From Gemmatimonadaceae bacterium (lineage in GTDB: Bacteria; Gemmatimonadota; Gemmatimonadetes; Gemmatimonadales; Gemmatimonadaceae), in NCBI GenBank assembly GCA_025358925.1, contig JANYHT010000017.1:180432-244431 (forward strand): a stretch of 64,000 nucleotides of DNA, in the 5' to 3' direction. The stretch's first letter is position 1; every line of letters begins with the position of its first letter. Positions 9,303-19,432 of this stretch are shown here, one piece after another. Both the position numbers and the translations under genes were made by a program. Under the pieces are notes generated by a model. The model saw only the letters and a program-made list of their open reading frames with translations, was not told the origin of the DNA and ran no database searches.

Positions 9303-10235
9303 ATGCCTCGCCGACTTTACTCCGCGACAATTCCGATTCTTGGCCTTATCGGATTGCTAGAGATTTCGCGGCATGCGGCGCGTGCCGTACCGACGAATCG
9401 TAGCTCGGACTCCCTACGCGTTGCGCCCGTCATGCACGTCGCACGCGCCGCGCATACGCTCACGTCCCTTCCCAGCGGCGACGCTCTGGTGGTCGGTGGA
9501 TTCACGACGAACGAAGGGCAGTCGGCGGCGCAGAATTGTTTTTGCACGGGCTCAATCGATTTGTCGCGACCGGTGCGCTGTCGACCGCGCGTGCTGGCCA
9601 CGAGGCGGTGTTACTCGCGGACGGTCGTGTGCTCATTGTTGGCGGTGTGGGACTTGAATGGTCGTTTCTTGCCAGCGCCGAGATTTACGATCCGCGCACA
9701 CAGCGCTTTACCACAACCGGCGCGATGCAGGAAGCGCGTGAGAGTCATGCGGCGATTCGATTGCGCGATGGACGGGTGTTGGTCGTAGGCGGACATCGCG
9801 GACGAGGCAGCGCTATCGTTATTTCGCGTACTGCGGAGATCTACGATGCAACAACGGGTCGCTTTTCGCCAACCAGTAGTATGAGCACGCGTCGCCACAA
9901 ACATGATGCCGTTGCGCTGCGTGATGGTCGAATACTGGTGACCGGCGGCGCCGATGAACGAGACAACGGCGGCGTGTACTCGAGCATCGAAATATTTGAT
10001 CCTGCCACAAGCCGATTTTGTGTTGCTTGCTGACGGTGCGACTGACGCCGAGGAGTACGACGTGAGTTCGCAACGGAGTGTTTCGGTGAGCAGCGATGTT
10101 CGCATGGCCGGCCAATTTTCTGCAGTGGCGTTGCTGCGCGATGGACGCGTGCTTATCACCGGCGGATACGGAGAGAACAGCCGGCCGAGAACAAGCGCTT
10201 GGATGTACGAACCGAACGCGCAGAGGCCGCAGTAA
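9303..10235 (+). pseudogene. Kelch-repeat beta-propeller protein, frameshifted and internally deleted
   Basis: Kelch repeats (ARAGHEAVLLADGRVLIVGG, RESHAAIRLRDGRVLVVGG, RHKHDAVALRDGRILVTGG) split over ORFs 9303-, 9536- and 9954-. Breaks near 9535 and 10020. Confidence 0.85.
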
Positions 10236-10319
10236 TGCCACGACGGAGTGTGCATGGAACCCGCGAAACAGAATTCGTCGCGGCCCGCCCATGTGATGAC
10301 AAGTTGGGCCGCGCGAGCC

Positions 10320-10688
10320 TTAGTCAATCCATTTCATACACCTTGATCGATGCGTCGCAAAGTTGGCACGAGTGACAAAAACCCGAAAATGGCTGCCACT
10401 GCAAGTAAGGCAGCACTGAGCATGCGAGATTCGGTTGGAAGGAGTGCGAATGCTAGAAGGTAGATTGCAGCAAGTGTAAGCAGTGCTTGTGTTCGCGCGC
10501 CACGCGTGGTCAAGGCGGACCACCTGACGAAAATGTGGATAGAACAAAACCCGAGGAAGGTGCCAGTCAGTGTCGTCGCGTACAGGGTGAGCAAGGTTGC
10601 AACGGTGAATGTTTGCGAGCGCGATCTCACAAACCACCAAACCAGAAAGAACACGGTTGGTATGGTGGAGATGCGCGCGATTGCCCAA
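10320..10688 (-). CDS. Small integral membrane protein (about 4 TM), unknown function
   Basis: 122 aa with several hydrophobic segments, filling an intergenic gap. Confidence 0.55.
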   Translation of the reverse strand: MGNRAHLHHTNRVLSGLVVCEIALANIHRCNLAHPVRDDTDWHLPRVLFYPHFRQVVRLDHAWRANTSTAYTCCNLPSSIRTPSNRISHAQCCLTCSGSHFRVFVTRANFATHRSRCMKWID

Positions 10689-10978
10689 TTGCGGATCATG
10701 GATGGCCGTCTGTAGGTGTTTGCAAATTATGTTTGTAGATTATGTGAAAAACTGACTGAATCGCCGCATTCGCAGCGCAGTGATACGTTGACCTGATGGC
10801 GTCACCGAAACGTCATTCGATTCGTTCCTACGGCCCAACGAGTGAACACGACTTTCAGCGCGTAACAGTCATTTTGACGCTATACTTGCATTAGTGCCCT
10901 CTGCATGCGCACCCGTGCAATGGTTCAATTTCTCAGACGTTCAGGAGAAAAATTTACGGACTCGTCGTCAGCGATTGC

Positions 10979-11638
10979 ATGATATCATCGTTTTCGTTGT
11001 TGCGCGCAAGTTTGGGGTGCACAATTGTCGCGCTTGCGATAGTGCTTGTAACGTCAATACCACACAATCAGTCCAGCCAACAACTGCATCAGTTGGAGTT
11101 CGACGTCCACCGTGCGGAGCGTCGATATGAACTTCGTGCGACGACACTTCCGCTGCTCCTTCAGGAATATGACGACCTGAAAGCCCGTTCAAGTGGGCCA
11201 AAGAGTTTCGGTCGCACGGACTGGAATTTCACAATAGTGCCCGCACCAATCGGTGGCCTTGCAACAACTTGTGCGAACGAGCGAGTGGCCATCAGCGTAC
11301 ACCTGCTTAACACGCTTCCGATTGCAGTAAATGCTGCTCGCTTTTCGGTCGAGGATTCGGTAAACTGGCGAGCGTTCCTGAGTGCGCTCGTGCGACACGA
11401 GGCACGACACGATAGTCTGGTGGTTGCAACCATGAGCGCATTTGTCAGAGATGTCACACCGCCAAGCGCTGGAATTGAACCTGTGCGCTCCATTGCAGAC
11501 TGTGTGTCCACGCTGGGTGCCCGATTGAAACGCGTCAACGATTCACTCGACCTCGTAACAAACGGTGGCACGTCGGAAGGTGTCGTTCTCCGCATCAACA
11601 TACGACATTCATATTTCCGCAAGCCAGGGCAGCCGTGA
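10979..11638 (+). CDS. DUF922-like putative Zn-dependent protease
   Basis: N-terminal hydrophobic anchor. WRAFLSALVRHEARHD (W..F...L..HExxH) pattern. Confidence 0.65.
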   Translation: MISSFSLLRASLGCTIVALAIVLVTSIPHNQSSQQLHQLEFDVHRAERRYELRATTLPLLLQEYDDLKARSSGPKSFGRTDWNFTIVPAPIGGLATTCANERVAISVHLLNTLPIAVNAARFSVEDSVNWRAFLSALVRHEARHDSLVVATMSAFVRDVTPPSAGIEPVRSIADCVSTLGARLKRVNDSLDLVTNGGTSEGVVLRINIRHSYFRKPGQP

Positions 11639-11692
11639 ATCGGCGTCCACTATCACTTGCGCCACCGCACCCACGCGACGCACGTTTGCCGG

Positions 11693-12556
11693 ATGCCTAC
11701 CTCTCCCTTTGCGCGCGCGCTGCGCTACGCCGTCACACTCATCGTCGTCCTCGCGGCATTTCCGCGCGCCGCACACGCGACGTGGTCCGTCATCGCCGTC
11801 GATATGGCGACCGGACGTATCGTCATCGCGTCAGCCACCTGCGTCAACAATAACGACGCGTTTCTGATGGGCGTTCAAGCCGTTGTGGTACCGGGCAAGG
11901 GCATAGCAGCGTGCCAAGCGGGCGTGGACGGAACGCACGCCAACCAGATGCTGGTCTACAACGAATTGCAAAAGGGCACCGACCCGGCGCGCATCATCGA
12001 ATTGCTGTCGATGGATCCGGCGTTTCAATCACGACAGTTTGGTATTGTGGATTTGCAAGGGCGTTCGGCTGGACACTCCGGGCTGACCAATGGATTTGTG
12101 TCGCAGGATATGCAAGGCCGAGTGCCGGGTACGCAAATTTACTATTCCATTCAGGGCAATATTTTGCGTCCCGGTGAAGTCGTGCCGAACGCGGTGAAAG
12201 CGTTCTTGTATACGAAAGGCGCATTGACCGATCGAGTGATGGCGGCGCTCGAAGCCGCCGATGCCTTCGGTGGTGACAGTCGTTGCTCGTGCCCCGCGCT
12301 GCCGGCCGATGGATCAAAGCCACTCATCCCGTGTGATGGCAAGAATGGACACGTCTCGTATATTCTGATGGCGGAAAAGAACGACACGAACGGTGATTCG
12401 CACAACAACGGGAAGTATGCGATGTACCTGACGGTGACACAGCCGGAGCAGCCTGGGGCGAACGTCATTAAGCCGGGCGAGAATTTGAATCCGGTCAAGA
12501 CGTTGCGTATTCGATATGATGCGTGGCGCAAAGTGCAATCGGCGTCATTCAAATGA
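11693..12556 (+). CDS. DUF1028 family (Ntn-hydrolase-like) secreted protein
   Basis: Signal peptide ending AHA, then TWSVIAVDMATG. RQFGIVDLQG, QGNIL, GGDSRC. Confidence 0.85.
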   Translation: MPTSPFARALRYAVTLIVVLAAFPRAAHATWSVIAVDMATGRIVIASATCVNNNDAFLMGVQAVVVPGKGIAACQAGVDGTHANQMLVYNELQKGTDPARIIELLSMDPAFQSRQFGIVDLQGRSAGHSGLTNGFVSQDMQGRVPGTQIYYSIQGNILRPGEVVPNAVKAFLYTKGALTDRVMAALEAADAFGGDSRCSCPALPADGSKPLIPCDGKNGHVSYILMAEKNDTNGDSHNNGKYAMYLTVTQPEQPGANVIKPGENLNPVKTLRIRYDAWRKVQSASFK

Positions 12557-13173
12557 GCGCCGTACTGCGTGCGACGATGGTCTCACTGTCGATGCTGTGC
12601 GCGAGTCTTTCATACGCGCAAACCCCACCGCCATCGCCGCCACCAACGCAGCCACGCGGTAACGCGCGCCCCGCGATACGTGTGATGACGCTCACGACAT
12701 CCGCGTTCGCTGACGGTGGGGCTATTCCAACGAAACATGCGCAGGCCGGACGCGATGTTTCACCCGCGTTATCATGGAGCGGAGCGCCCGATAGCACGCG
12801 CACGTTTGTACTCATCGTACATGATGCCGATGCAGCAATTGGTGATGGCACAGATGACCTGCTGCACTGGATGGTGTGGAATATTCCGGGCACCGCAACG
12901 TCGCTGCCGGAGGGAATACCACAGGGTGCGCAAAGCGCGAACGGTATGCGACAAATCAGCGGCACCGGTCCGTATTATCGCGGACCTGCAGCGCCGTCGT
13001 CAGGTCCAGCGCATCATTACCTATTCGAGTTGTACGCGCTCGATGCCATCGTGAACGTTTCGGCTGTCGGCATGGCAGTACCCGCCACACGCGCCGCCGT
13101 TATAGCCGCTATGGCCACGCACATTCGCGGTAAGGGCGTGTTGGCGGGATTGTATCGACGACCAGCGGCGTGA
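12553..13173 (+). CDS. YbhB/YbcL (PEBP/RKIP-like) protein, secreted
   Basis: SPALSWSGAP, LIVHDADA, HWMVWNIP, YRGPAAPSSGPAHHYLFELYALD. ATGA coupling to the upstream gene. Confidence 0.9.
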   Translation: MSAVLRATMVSLSMLCASLSYAQTPPPSPPPTQPRGNARPAIRVMTLTTSAFADGGAIPTKHAQAGRDVSPALSWSGAPDSTRTFVLIVHDADAAIGDGTDDLLHWMVWNIPGTATSLPEGIPQGAQSANGMRQISGTGPYYRGPAAPSSGPAHHYLFELYALDAIVNVSAVGMAVPATRAAVIAAMATHIRGKGVLAGLYRRPAA

Positions 13174-14168
13174 TCGACATCCCGAGCATCGACGCTATCC
13201 GCGCGAATCGCGCTCGCTTGGGCGATCTTGTTATTACGACGCCCGTGCGATTGCTGGTGGACGATGCATTGCCGCTCGCGGTTGGTGCCTCGACTCGCGT
13301 GTGGCTAAAAGAAGAACTATTTCAACGTACCGGAAGTTTTAAACCGCGTGGGGCGCTGTCGATCATGCTTGATCTTGACGCAGCGGCGTTGGCGCGCGGC
13401 GTGACCGGCGTCTCTGCGGGTAATCACGCAATTTCGCTCGCGTATTGCGCTCGCATTTTGGGCACTACGGCAACCGTAGTCATGCCGAAAAATGCGAATG
13501 CATTTCGTGTACAAGTGTGTCGCGAGATGGGTGCGACCGTCGAGTTGGTAGACAACGTACACGCGGCGTTTGCGCGCGTGAAAGACATTGAGGCCGCCGA
13601 AGGACGCACGTTCGTCCATCCATACGAAGGACCGAAAACCGCACTCGGCACAGCCTCCGTCGGCCTTGAATTTATTGACCAAGTCCGCGCGGCTGGCTCG
13701 TCGCTCGATGCGGTGATCGTTGCCGCCGGCGGAGGCGGACTCACGGGTGGTGTGGCCTGTGCGGTGAAGCAGCTGAGCCCAGAGACGTCTGTCTATGTGG
13801 TCGAACCTGAAGGCGCAGATACGATGTGTCGCAGTTTCAACGCAGGATCACCACAATCGATTGAAGCCGTGCGCACGATCGCCGATTCGCTCGGTGCCCC
13901 CCGATGCGAGCCGTACTCGTTTGCACTCAATCGTGCATTCGTTGACGAGGTTGTCCTGGTGAATGACGATCAGATCCGCGATGGGATGCGGCTGCTGTTT
14001 CGCGCAGCGAAGCTCGCGGTGGAGCCTGCCGGTGCAGCGGCGTTGGCCGCGTTGATGTACCCATTGCGCGATCGGCTGGACGGTCAGCGCGTCGGCGTCG
14101 TGGTATGCGGAGCAAATGTCGACATTGAGAGTTTCGTGACGCAGATTAGCACGTTTTCCAAGTCTTGA
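13170..14168 (+). CDS. PLP-dependent threonine/serine dehydratase family protein
   Basis: LKEELFQRTGSFKPRGA (PLP lysine), SAGNHA, AGGGGL, VEPAGAAALA. Confidence 0.9.
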   Translation: MIDIPSIDAIRANRARLGDLVITTPVRLLVDDALPLAVGASTRVWLKEELFQRTGSFKPRGALSIMLDLDAAALARGVTGVSAGNHAISLAYCARILGTTATVVMPKNANAFRVQVCREMGATVELVDNVHAAFARVKDIEAAEGRTFVHPYEGPKTALGTASVGLEFIDQVRAAGSSLDAVIVAAGGGGLTGGVACAVKQLSPETSVYVVEPEGADTMCRSFNAGSPQSIEAVRTIADSLGAPRCEPYSFALNRAFVDEVVLVNDDQIRDGMRLLFRAAKLAVEPAGAAALAALMYPLRDRLDGQRVGVVVCGANVDIESFVTQISTFSKS

Positions 14169-14187
14169 CTCACAACCTTCAACAGAC

Positions 14188-14625
14188 ATGGCATTCGACA
14201 CCGTCACCTTCCGCTCCACGATCGATCTCCCCATGACGTTGCTCCTCGGCGTTCCGCTCATGATTCTGCCCGTGTTTCTGTTTGTCGATCCAAAACTGAC
14301 GCACTCGCCGACCTCGCTCGCCGTTGCACTTGGCGCGCATGTATTCGCGATCCTCTCCATCGTCTATATGTTTCGTGTGACGCGCTATGTGTTTGAGCCG
14401 ACACGGCTGCGTGCGCAAACAGGACCGCTCAAATGGGATGTGCCGTACAACCTGCTGCGCACGGTACGACCATCACGCGATGTGTCCTCGGCGCCCGCGT
14501 TCGCTTTCAATCGATTGAAGTTGGAATACGGATCGGGACAGATACTGCTCGTGTCTCCAGCGCAACGAGCATTGTTTCTTGATGAAATTCGGAAGCGCGC
14601 GCCTCACGTAACCATCGTGCAATAA
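14188..14625 (+). CDS. Membrane protein with bacterial PH-like domain
   Basis: Two TM segments, then SSAPAFAFNRLKLEYG...LLVSPAQRALFLDEI, typical of bPH_5. Confidence 0.7.
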   Translation: MAFDTVTFRSTIDLPMTLLLGVPLMILPVFLFVDPKLTHSPTSLAVALGAHVFAILSIVYMFRVTRYVFEPTRLRAQTGPLKWDVPYNLLRTVRPSRDVSSAPAFAFNRLKLEYGSGQILLVSPAQRALFLDEIRKRAPHVTIVQ

Positions 14626-14746
14626 CGTTCGTTGCCGTTGAGGTTGCTCTCCATAAACGCAGAGCTCGGGCTTGCTTGTGCTCAATATTAAATCGATTTA
14701 TTTGCAAGTGTTCACGTTGATGCACATTTTTCCTCAGAGCACGTTG

Positions 14747-15433
14747 ATGCGACATCTATCAATTTCACCTGTGCTGCTTCTCGCGGCCGCTGTCACACTT
14801 GCGCCGTCCATGATGAGCGCGCAATTCACCACGTACAGCTCGTTGTCGAGTTTTACGGCGGCTCTGTCATCGACGGGCACGGACTCATTCAATAGTTTGC
14901 CGCAGCAAACCTTGACGCCCAGTCCGCTTGTCCGGACGGCGGGTACGTTTGGCTACACGGTCTCGGCAAGCACTTCCGGCTTCTTTCCCGTTGGCCCTGG
15001 TGGAGACGCATGGCTGTCCACGGACGAAGCAACGGCCATCATCACGTTCAATCACTTTCTGCCGAGCGTGCGCGGGATTGGCGGCTTCTTTTTTAGCACG
15101 GACTTTTCCGGCGCTTTCTTCCCCGGACAAACCATTATCGTGACAGCCACCGATGCCAACGGTGCGAGCACGAGGTCGCTTGTGAGCGCGACAAGTTCCA
15201 CATTTTTCGGTTTTGTGTCGGCGGGTACGATTACGTCGCTTACCGTTACTGCGGACCAGCCCGTTGATGTCTTCGCCTTCCCCACGGTGAACGATCTCGT
15301 ACTCGGCAGCGGGCGTCCGTCCACCACCGTACCCGAACCACACAGGTTTGCACTCGTTGCCGCAGGCCTCGCCGCCGCGCTCGTACTCTCGCGTCGGCGT
15401 CGCGCTCCTACGTTTGTGGCTCTAACCGAATAA
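14747..15433 (+). CDS. PEP-CTERM sorting domain-containing surface protein
   Basis: Signal peptide. C-terminus TTVPEP + hydrophobic helix + RRRR. Confidence 0.88.
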   Translation: MRHLSISPVLLLAAAVTLAPSMMSAQFTTYSSLSSFTAALSSTGTDSFNSLPQQTLTPSPLVRTAGTFGYTVSASTSGFFPVGPGGDAWLSTDEATAIITFNHFLPSVRGIGGFFFSTDFSGAFFPGQTIIVTATDANGASTRSLVSATSSTFFGFVSAGTITSLTVTADQPVDVFAFPTVNDLVLGSGRPSTTVPEPHRFALVAAGLAAALVLSRRRRAPTFVALTE

Positions 15434-16763
15434 CCATTCCCGGACCCGTCAATGGATCGCGGTCCAATCGCAATTCGAGAAACGTTGTTGTGAATGGATG
15501 AAAGAGTTGTGTCGCGCCGCCCGGCAGTGTGGTTGAGAGATTGAGCGTTCCGTACCACGTGCCGCCGTTATCCGGCGCTTCAACATCCGCGCGATCCGCA
15601 AGCACGCCCGTATACAGCACGCGTTTGGTACCAGTGCTCGCGTACAATTGCGCGGTGAGTTGTACGGGCGCGGATGGATCGGTCATCATTTTCTCGACTT
15701 GCTTCAAGTCGACGTGAAAGGCGCGGTAGCTCGCATCGCCCTTGTACACGTGGACATCCTGGCCGAATGGCGTCAACGATTGTCCGTCATCAAACGCTAA
15801 TTGCAAATTCCAATCGCGAATGCCGTCACCGCGTTCGTCGATGGCTCGTACAACAAACTGTTGCCAACGCGGCATCGCCGCTAACGTCCCCTCCGTCGCC
15901 GTATTCGCTTCCTCCAACCAACTCGCATACGTTGCACTGCTGTGGACCTGCAGCGCTTCGACCACAAGGTGTACCAGCTGTTTCGGTGGCTCAGACAGAA
16001 TACTGCCGTGATCAACATTCGCGATGGGATGCATGGGCACGTCGTCCTGCGTCCAATTCGCGAGCTGGACGCGATTATTTTCAGCGCAGTCTGCTGTGAG
16101 ATCGAGTACGATCTTGCGCGAGTTAAGCGCTGTCCCAGCCCAGCGTACCGTACCGTCGGTGCCCGGCTCGTTGGCAACCGAACTCAGCCCTCGATATCCG
16201 CGATCACCAACAAAGACAAACACATAGGGCGTTGTTCGCTTGTCATTGTAGAACTCCGTTTCTCCAAATAGGTCGCGATGCGCCAAGTCCCAACCAAAGC
16301 TCCCACCAAGTTCTAATGCGTCGAGTACCATGTCACCGGCTTCAAGAAAGTCAGGTCCAAACGCCTTGCGCCCTTTGACGAGTGCGCCGAGGAAGCTGCG
16401 TCCTTTGTGTGCGAGCGGTGAGCCGAATGTCGCGGGTGCGAGCGCAATGAGATGCTTGAGACGTTTCCGGCGATCATCGGCCACGCCCTGTCGTGTGAGC
16501 CATGAGCGCAGCACAAGCATCCCCGTGCTATGCACGATCGCATCGAACGGTTCGTCCTCGGTCAATTGCAAATTCTGTCGCAGCAATCGATCAAAGCCTT
16601 CGGCGATATCGCGGACTGACACTTCATTGGTGAGCGATTCGTAACTCACGGTGACAAGCTGCCCGCGCTTCCACCCGGCATCGACTAACGCATTGCGCCA
16701 CACGTTGAATGCTTCGCCATTCGCGCTATACCCGTGAATGAGAACGATTTTTCGGTCGGCCAT
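15408..16763 (-). CDS. Alpha/beta-fold hydrolase (lipase/esterase-like)
   Basis: VLIHGY oxyanion motif, AIVHSTG nucleophile elbow, LAPATFGSPLA, GTDGTV. Confidence 0.8.
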   Translation of the reverse strand: MADRKIVLIHGYSANGEAFNVWRNALVDAGWKRGQLVTVSYESLTNEVSVRDIAEGFDRLLRQNLQLTEDEPFDAIVHSTGMLVLRSWLTRQGVADDRRKRLKHLIALAPATFGSPLAHKGRSFLGALVKGRKAFGPDFLEAGDMVLDALELGGSFGWDLAHRDLFGETEFYNDKRTTPYVFVFVGDRGYRGLSSVANEPGTDGTVRWAGTALNSRKIVLDLTADCAENNRVQLANWTQDDVPMHPIANVDHGSILSEPPKQLVHLVVEALQVHSSATYASWLEEANTATEGTLAAMPRWQQFVVRAIDERGDGIRDWNLQLAFDDGQSLTPFGQDVHVYKGDASYRAFHVDLKQVEKMMTDPSAPVQLTAQLYASTGTKRVLYTGVLADRADVEAPDNGGTWYGTLNLSTTLPGGATQLFHPFTTTFLELRLDRDPLTGPGMVIRLEPQT

Positions 16764-16944
16764 TCGTGCTCCGGTCAGACGGATTCAAAACGCGGGGAGA
16801 TTGCCAGACTAATCCACCGATGTCAACGCGAGGTGCACACGCCCTACCGCTGAGTGCGCTTGTCAGCGTTTCGCCTACAAAGATGTACGGGTAACACTGT
16901 TTTTACTGCTACGCGACACCGCGCGCCTACCGTGGGCGTACCTT

Positions 16945-18294
16945 GTGATCATGCGCCTTGCACGCTTACTCGCAAAAATATCGCTCGCGGCTACCGTACT
17001 TTTGGTACTTGCTGCCACGCTTCATAGCGCCTCCGCGACCACAGCGCCGCGTGCGCGCGCTGATTCCACGTCAGTCCGAGATCCAGTCGCGCGCTTGCAA
17101 GCGCATCTCGATGCCGGAGACATCACACTCGTTCATGACTCCGTACTCGGCTATCTCCCGGCGGTACTTCGTGCATTCAACATCCCCACGTCATCCCAAA
17201 GTTTGGTGTTCTCTCGCACGAGCTTACGAACAGACTTGATTGCACCGTGGTCGCCGCGCGCGCTCTACTTCAACGATGATGTGTATGTTGGCTGGGTGCA
17301 GGGCAGTGAATTTCTAGAAATCGCTGCGGTCAATCCTACGACCGGCGCCGTATTCTACACAATGAGTCAGGAAGCAACGGCGCGACCACAGTTTGGGCGT
17401 GAGTCAACGACGTGCATGATGTGCCACAAATCTCGCGCAACCGGCGGCGTACCCGGGTTCCTCATGCTGTCAACAATCGCCGATCGACTCGGCTATCAGA
17501 TTGCGAGTGTGTACAGCGGTACCACGACTGATGAGACTCCAATCAAGGATCGGTTTGGTGGATGGTACGTCACCGGTACCCACGGCAAGGCGGGTCATTC
17601 CGGTAACGTGTATTCGTCAAAAGATTTCCATCAAGTCGACAAAGAGTTGTATCGCGGCCAGATCGACCTGACGGTGGAAAGCGCACGTACCGATCTCGCA
17701 GGAAAATTTGACTCGTCACCGTACCTCTCCCCGAACAGTGACATTGTCGCGTTAATGGTGTTGGTGCACCAAACGTCGGTACACAATCTGATTACGGCTA
17801 CCCATGAGGCCGCGAGAATTGCGTTGATTATGCACTACACGCCAAGCGATGCGACGGCGTTGGTTCCGTTGGCGGTGTCCGATGCGGGTCTCCATACTGC
17901 GGTGGAACGGTTAGTACGCGCCTTGTTGTTCGCCGATGAAGCGAAGTTCGACTCACCAATTCACGGCACCGGAAATTTCTCCACGGATTTCGCCCAGCGT
18001 GGACCACGCGACAAGCACGGGCGGTCGCTACGCGACTTCGACCTTGACCAACGCTTGTTCAAGTATCCGCTCAGTTTCTTGATCTACACTGAAGGATTTG
18101 ACGCGCTGCCAAACGTCGCGAAAGATGGCGTGTACCGACGACTCCGCGCGATCCTCAGCGGTGACGATAAAAGTCGGGCCTTCGAGCGGCTCAGTGAACG
18201 TGATCGACGCGCCATTCTTGAGATTCTGACCGCGACGAAGCCAGAGTTTGCTACCGGTGACCCTCACCCGCAACGGAGTTCTGATGCCCGATAG
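16945..18294 (+). CDS. Secreted hypothetical protein with a single CxxCH heme-binding motif
   Basis: Signal peptide. CMMCH motif. Overlaps the nirK start by 11 bp. Confidence 0.7.
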   Translation: MIMRLARLLAKISLAATVLLVLAATLHSASATTAPRARADSTSVRDPVARLQAHLDAGDITLVHDSVLGYLPAVLRAFNIPTSSQSLVFSRTSLRTDLIAPWSPRALYFNDDVYVGWVQGSEFLEIAAVNPTTGAVFYTMSQEATARPQFGRESTTCMMCHKSRATGGVPGFLMLSTIADRLGYQIASVYSGTTTDETPIKDRFGGWYVTGTHGKAGHSGNVYSSKDFHQVDKELYRGQIDLTVESARTDLAGKFDSSPYLSPNSDIVALMVLVHQTSVHNLITATHEAARIALIMHYTPSDATALVPLAVSDAGLHTAVERLVRALLFADEAKFDSPIHGTGNFSTDFAQRGPRDKHGRSLRDFDLDQRLFKYPLSFLIYTEGFDALPNVAKDGVYRRLRAILSGDDKSRAFERLSERDRRAILEILTATKPEFATGDPHPQRSSDAR

Positions 18295-19420
18295 CATTGA
18301 TACGAGCGATCTGGACACAAAAACCAATCGCCGCGTCTTCCTCTCTCGCGCTTCAGCAATCACGCTCGCCATCCCCGGACTTGGGCTCGTGTTGACTGGG
18401 TGCTCGACGGAATCGCCGGGCACGCTTGACAGCACGCAGCTGCGCGCGCCGTCGTCGAGCGGCAACACTCCACCGCCTCCGCTCAACTCGAACAGCAAAC
18501 TGGATTCAGCGGTGCTCAAAGGCGCGCCGCCCAGTAATCTTTCCACCGCCGTCGGCACTGTACACGGCGCATCGACAGCGCCATTTCAGCGATACGATCC
18601 CACACTCCCGCCACTGAATTCAACTGGCTCTGTACAACTGCATTGGCACAGTCGAGATGTACCGGTGCGCATCAATGCCTCGACGGTGGTCGCTGCTTGG
18701 ACGTTTGAAGGAACGCTTCCAGGTCCGATTGTACATTGCCGCGTTGGCGACACCGTAGAGTTCACGCTCACCAATGAGTCGGTCATGCCGCACTCAATGG
18801 ATTTTCACGCGGCGCAGATCAATCCAAAAACGGCATTCCGTTCTGTGGCAAAAGGCGAGTCAGTCACCTTCACATTCAAACCGAAGTGGGCCGGCGCATT
18901 CATGTACCATTGCGGCACCGCGCCAGTGCTTATGCACATCGGTTCGGGAATGTACGGCGCGCTGATTGTCTCACCTCGAGAGCCGTTACCGCCCGCGAAA
19001 GAATTCGTGCTGGTGCAGAGCGAATTTTATCTCGCGGACGCCGTCAATGGAGTGCGAGCGTTTGACTACGCCAAGATGTTGACCACAATGCCTGACTTTG
19101 TCGCGTTCAACGGACGCCCGGACCAGTACGTGACCGAGCCTATCCGCGTCAAGGTGGGCGATCGCGTACGCTTTTGGGTGGTGGACGCTGGGCCTACGCA
19201 TCCATGCCACTTTCACGTGGTCGGCGAACAGTTCGACACGGTGTATCTCGGCGCGCCGCCGGGTAATGCGATTCACGGCGTACAAACGTGGAGCGTTGCT
19301 GCTGGTGGCGGCATGTGTTTCGAATTGTTATGCGATGTTGTGGGTGACTTTCCGTTCGTCAACCACGGGTTCGGTCACGGACAAAAGGGCGCGATCGGAT
19401 TTTTAAGCGTTGAGCCCTAG
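18284..19420 (+). CDS. nirK: Copper-containing nitrite reductase-like multicopper protein with Tat/lipoprotein signal
   Basis: TNRRVFL Tat motif and LVLTGC lipobox. PHSMDFH, FMYHCGTAPVLMHIGSGMYG, HFHVVGEQFD, PFVNH match the type 1 and type 2 Cu ligands and the catalytic Asp/His positions of NirK. Confidence 0.8.
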   Translation: MPDSIDTSDLDTKTNRRVFLSRASAITLAIPGLGLVLTGCSTESPGTLDSTQLRAPSSSGNTPPPPLNSNSKLDSAVLKGAPPSNLSTAVGTVHGASTAPFQRYDPTLPPLNSTGSVQLHWHSRDVPVRINASTVVAAWTFEGTLPGPIVHCRVGDTVEFTLTNESVMPHSMDFHAAQINPKTAFRSVAKGESVTFTFKPKWAGAFMYHCGTAPVLMHIGSGMYGALIVSPREPLPPAKEFVLVQSEFYLADAVNGVRAFDYAKMLTTMPDFVAFNGRPDQYVTEPIRVKVGDRVRFWVVDAGPTHPCHFHVVGEQFDTVYLGAPPGNAIHGVQTWSVAAGGGMCFELLCDVVGDFPFVNHGFGHGQKGAIGFLSVEP

Positions 19421-19432
19421 CGTTCAGCCAAC

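Noticed and set aside
14660-14690. Possible sigma54 promoters here and at ~20625
   Set aside because: Poor match to TGGCAC-N5-TTGC. The second site lacks the invariant GG.
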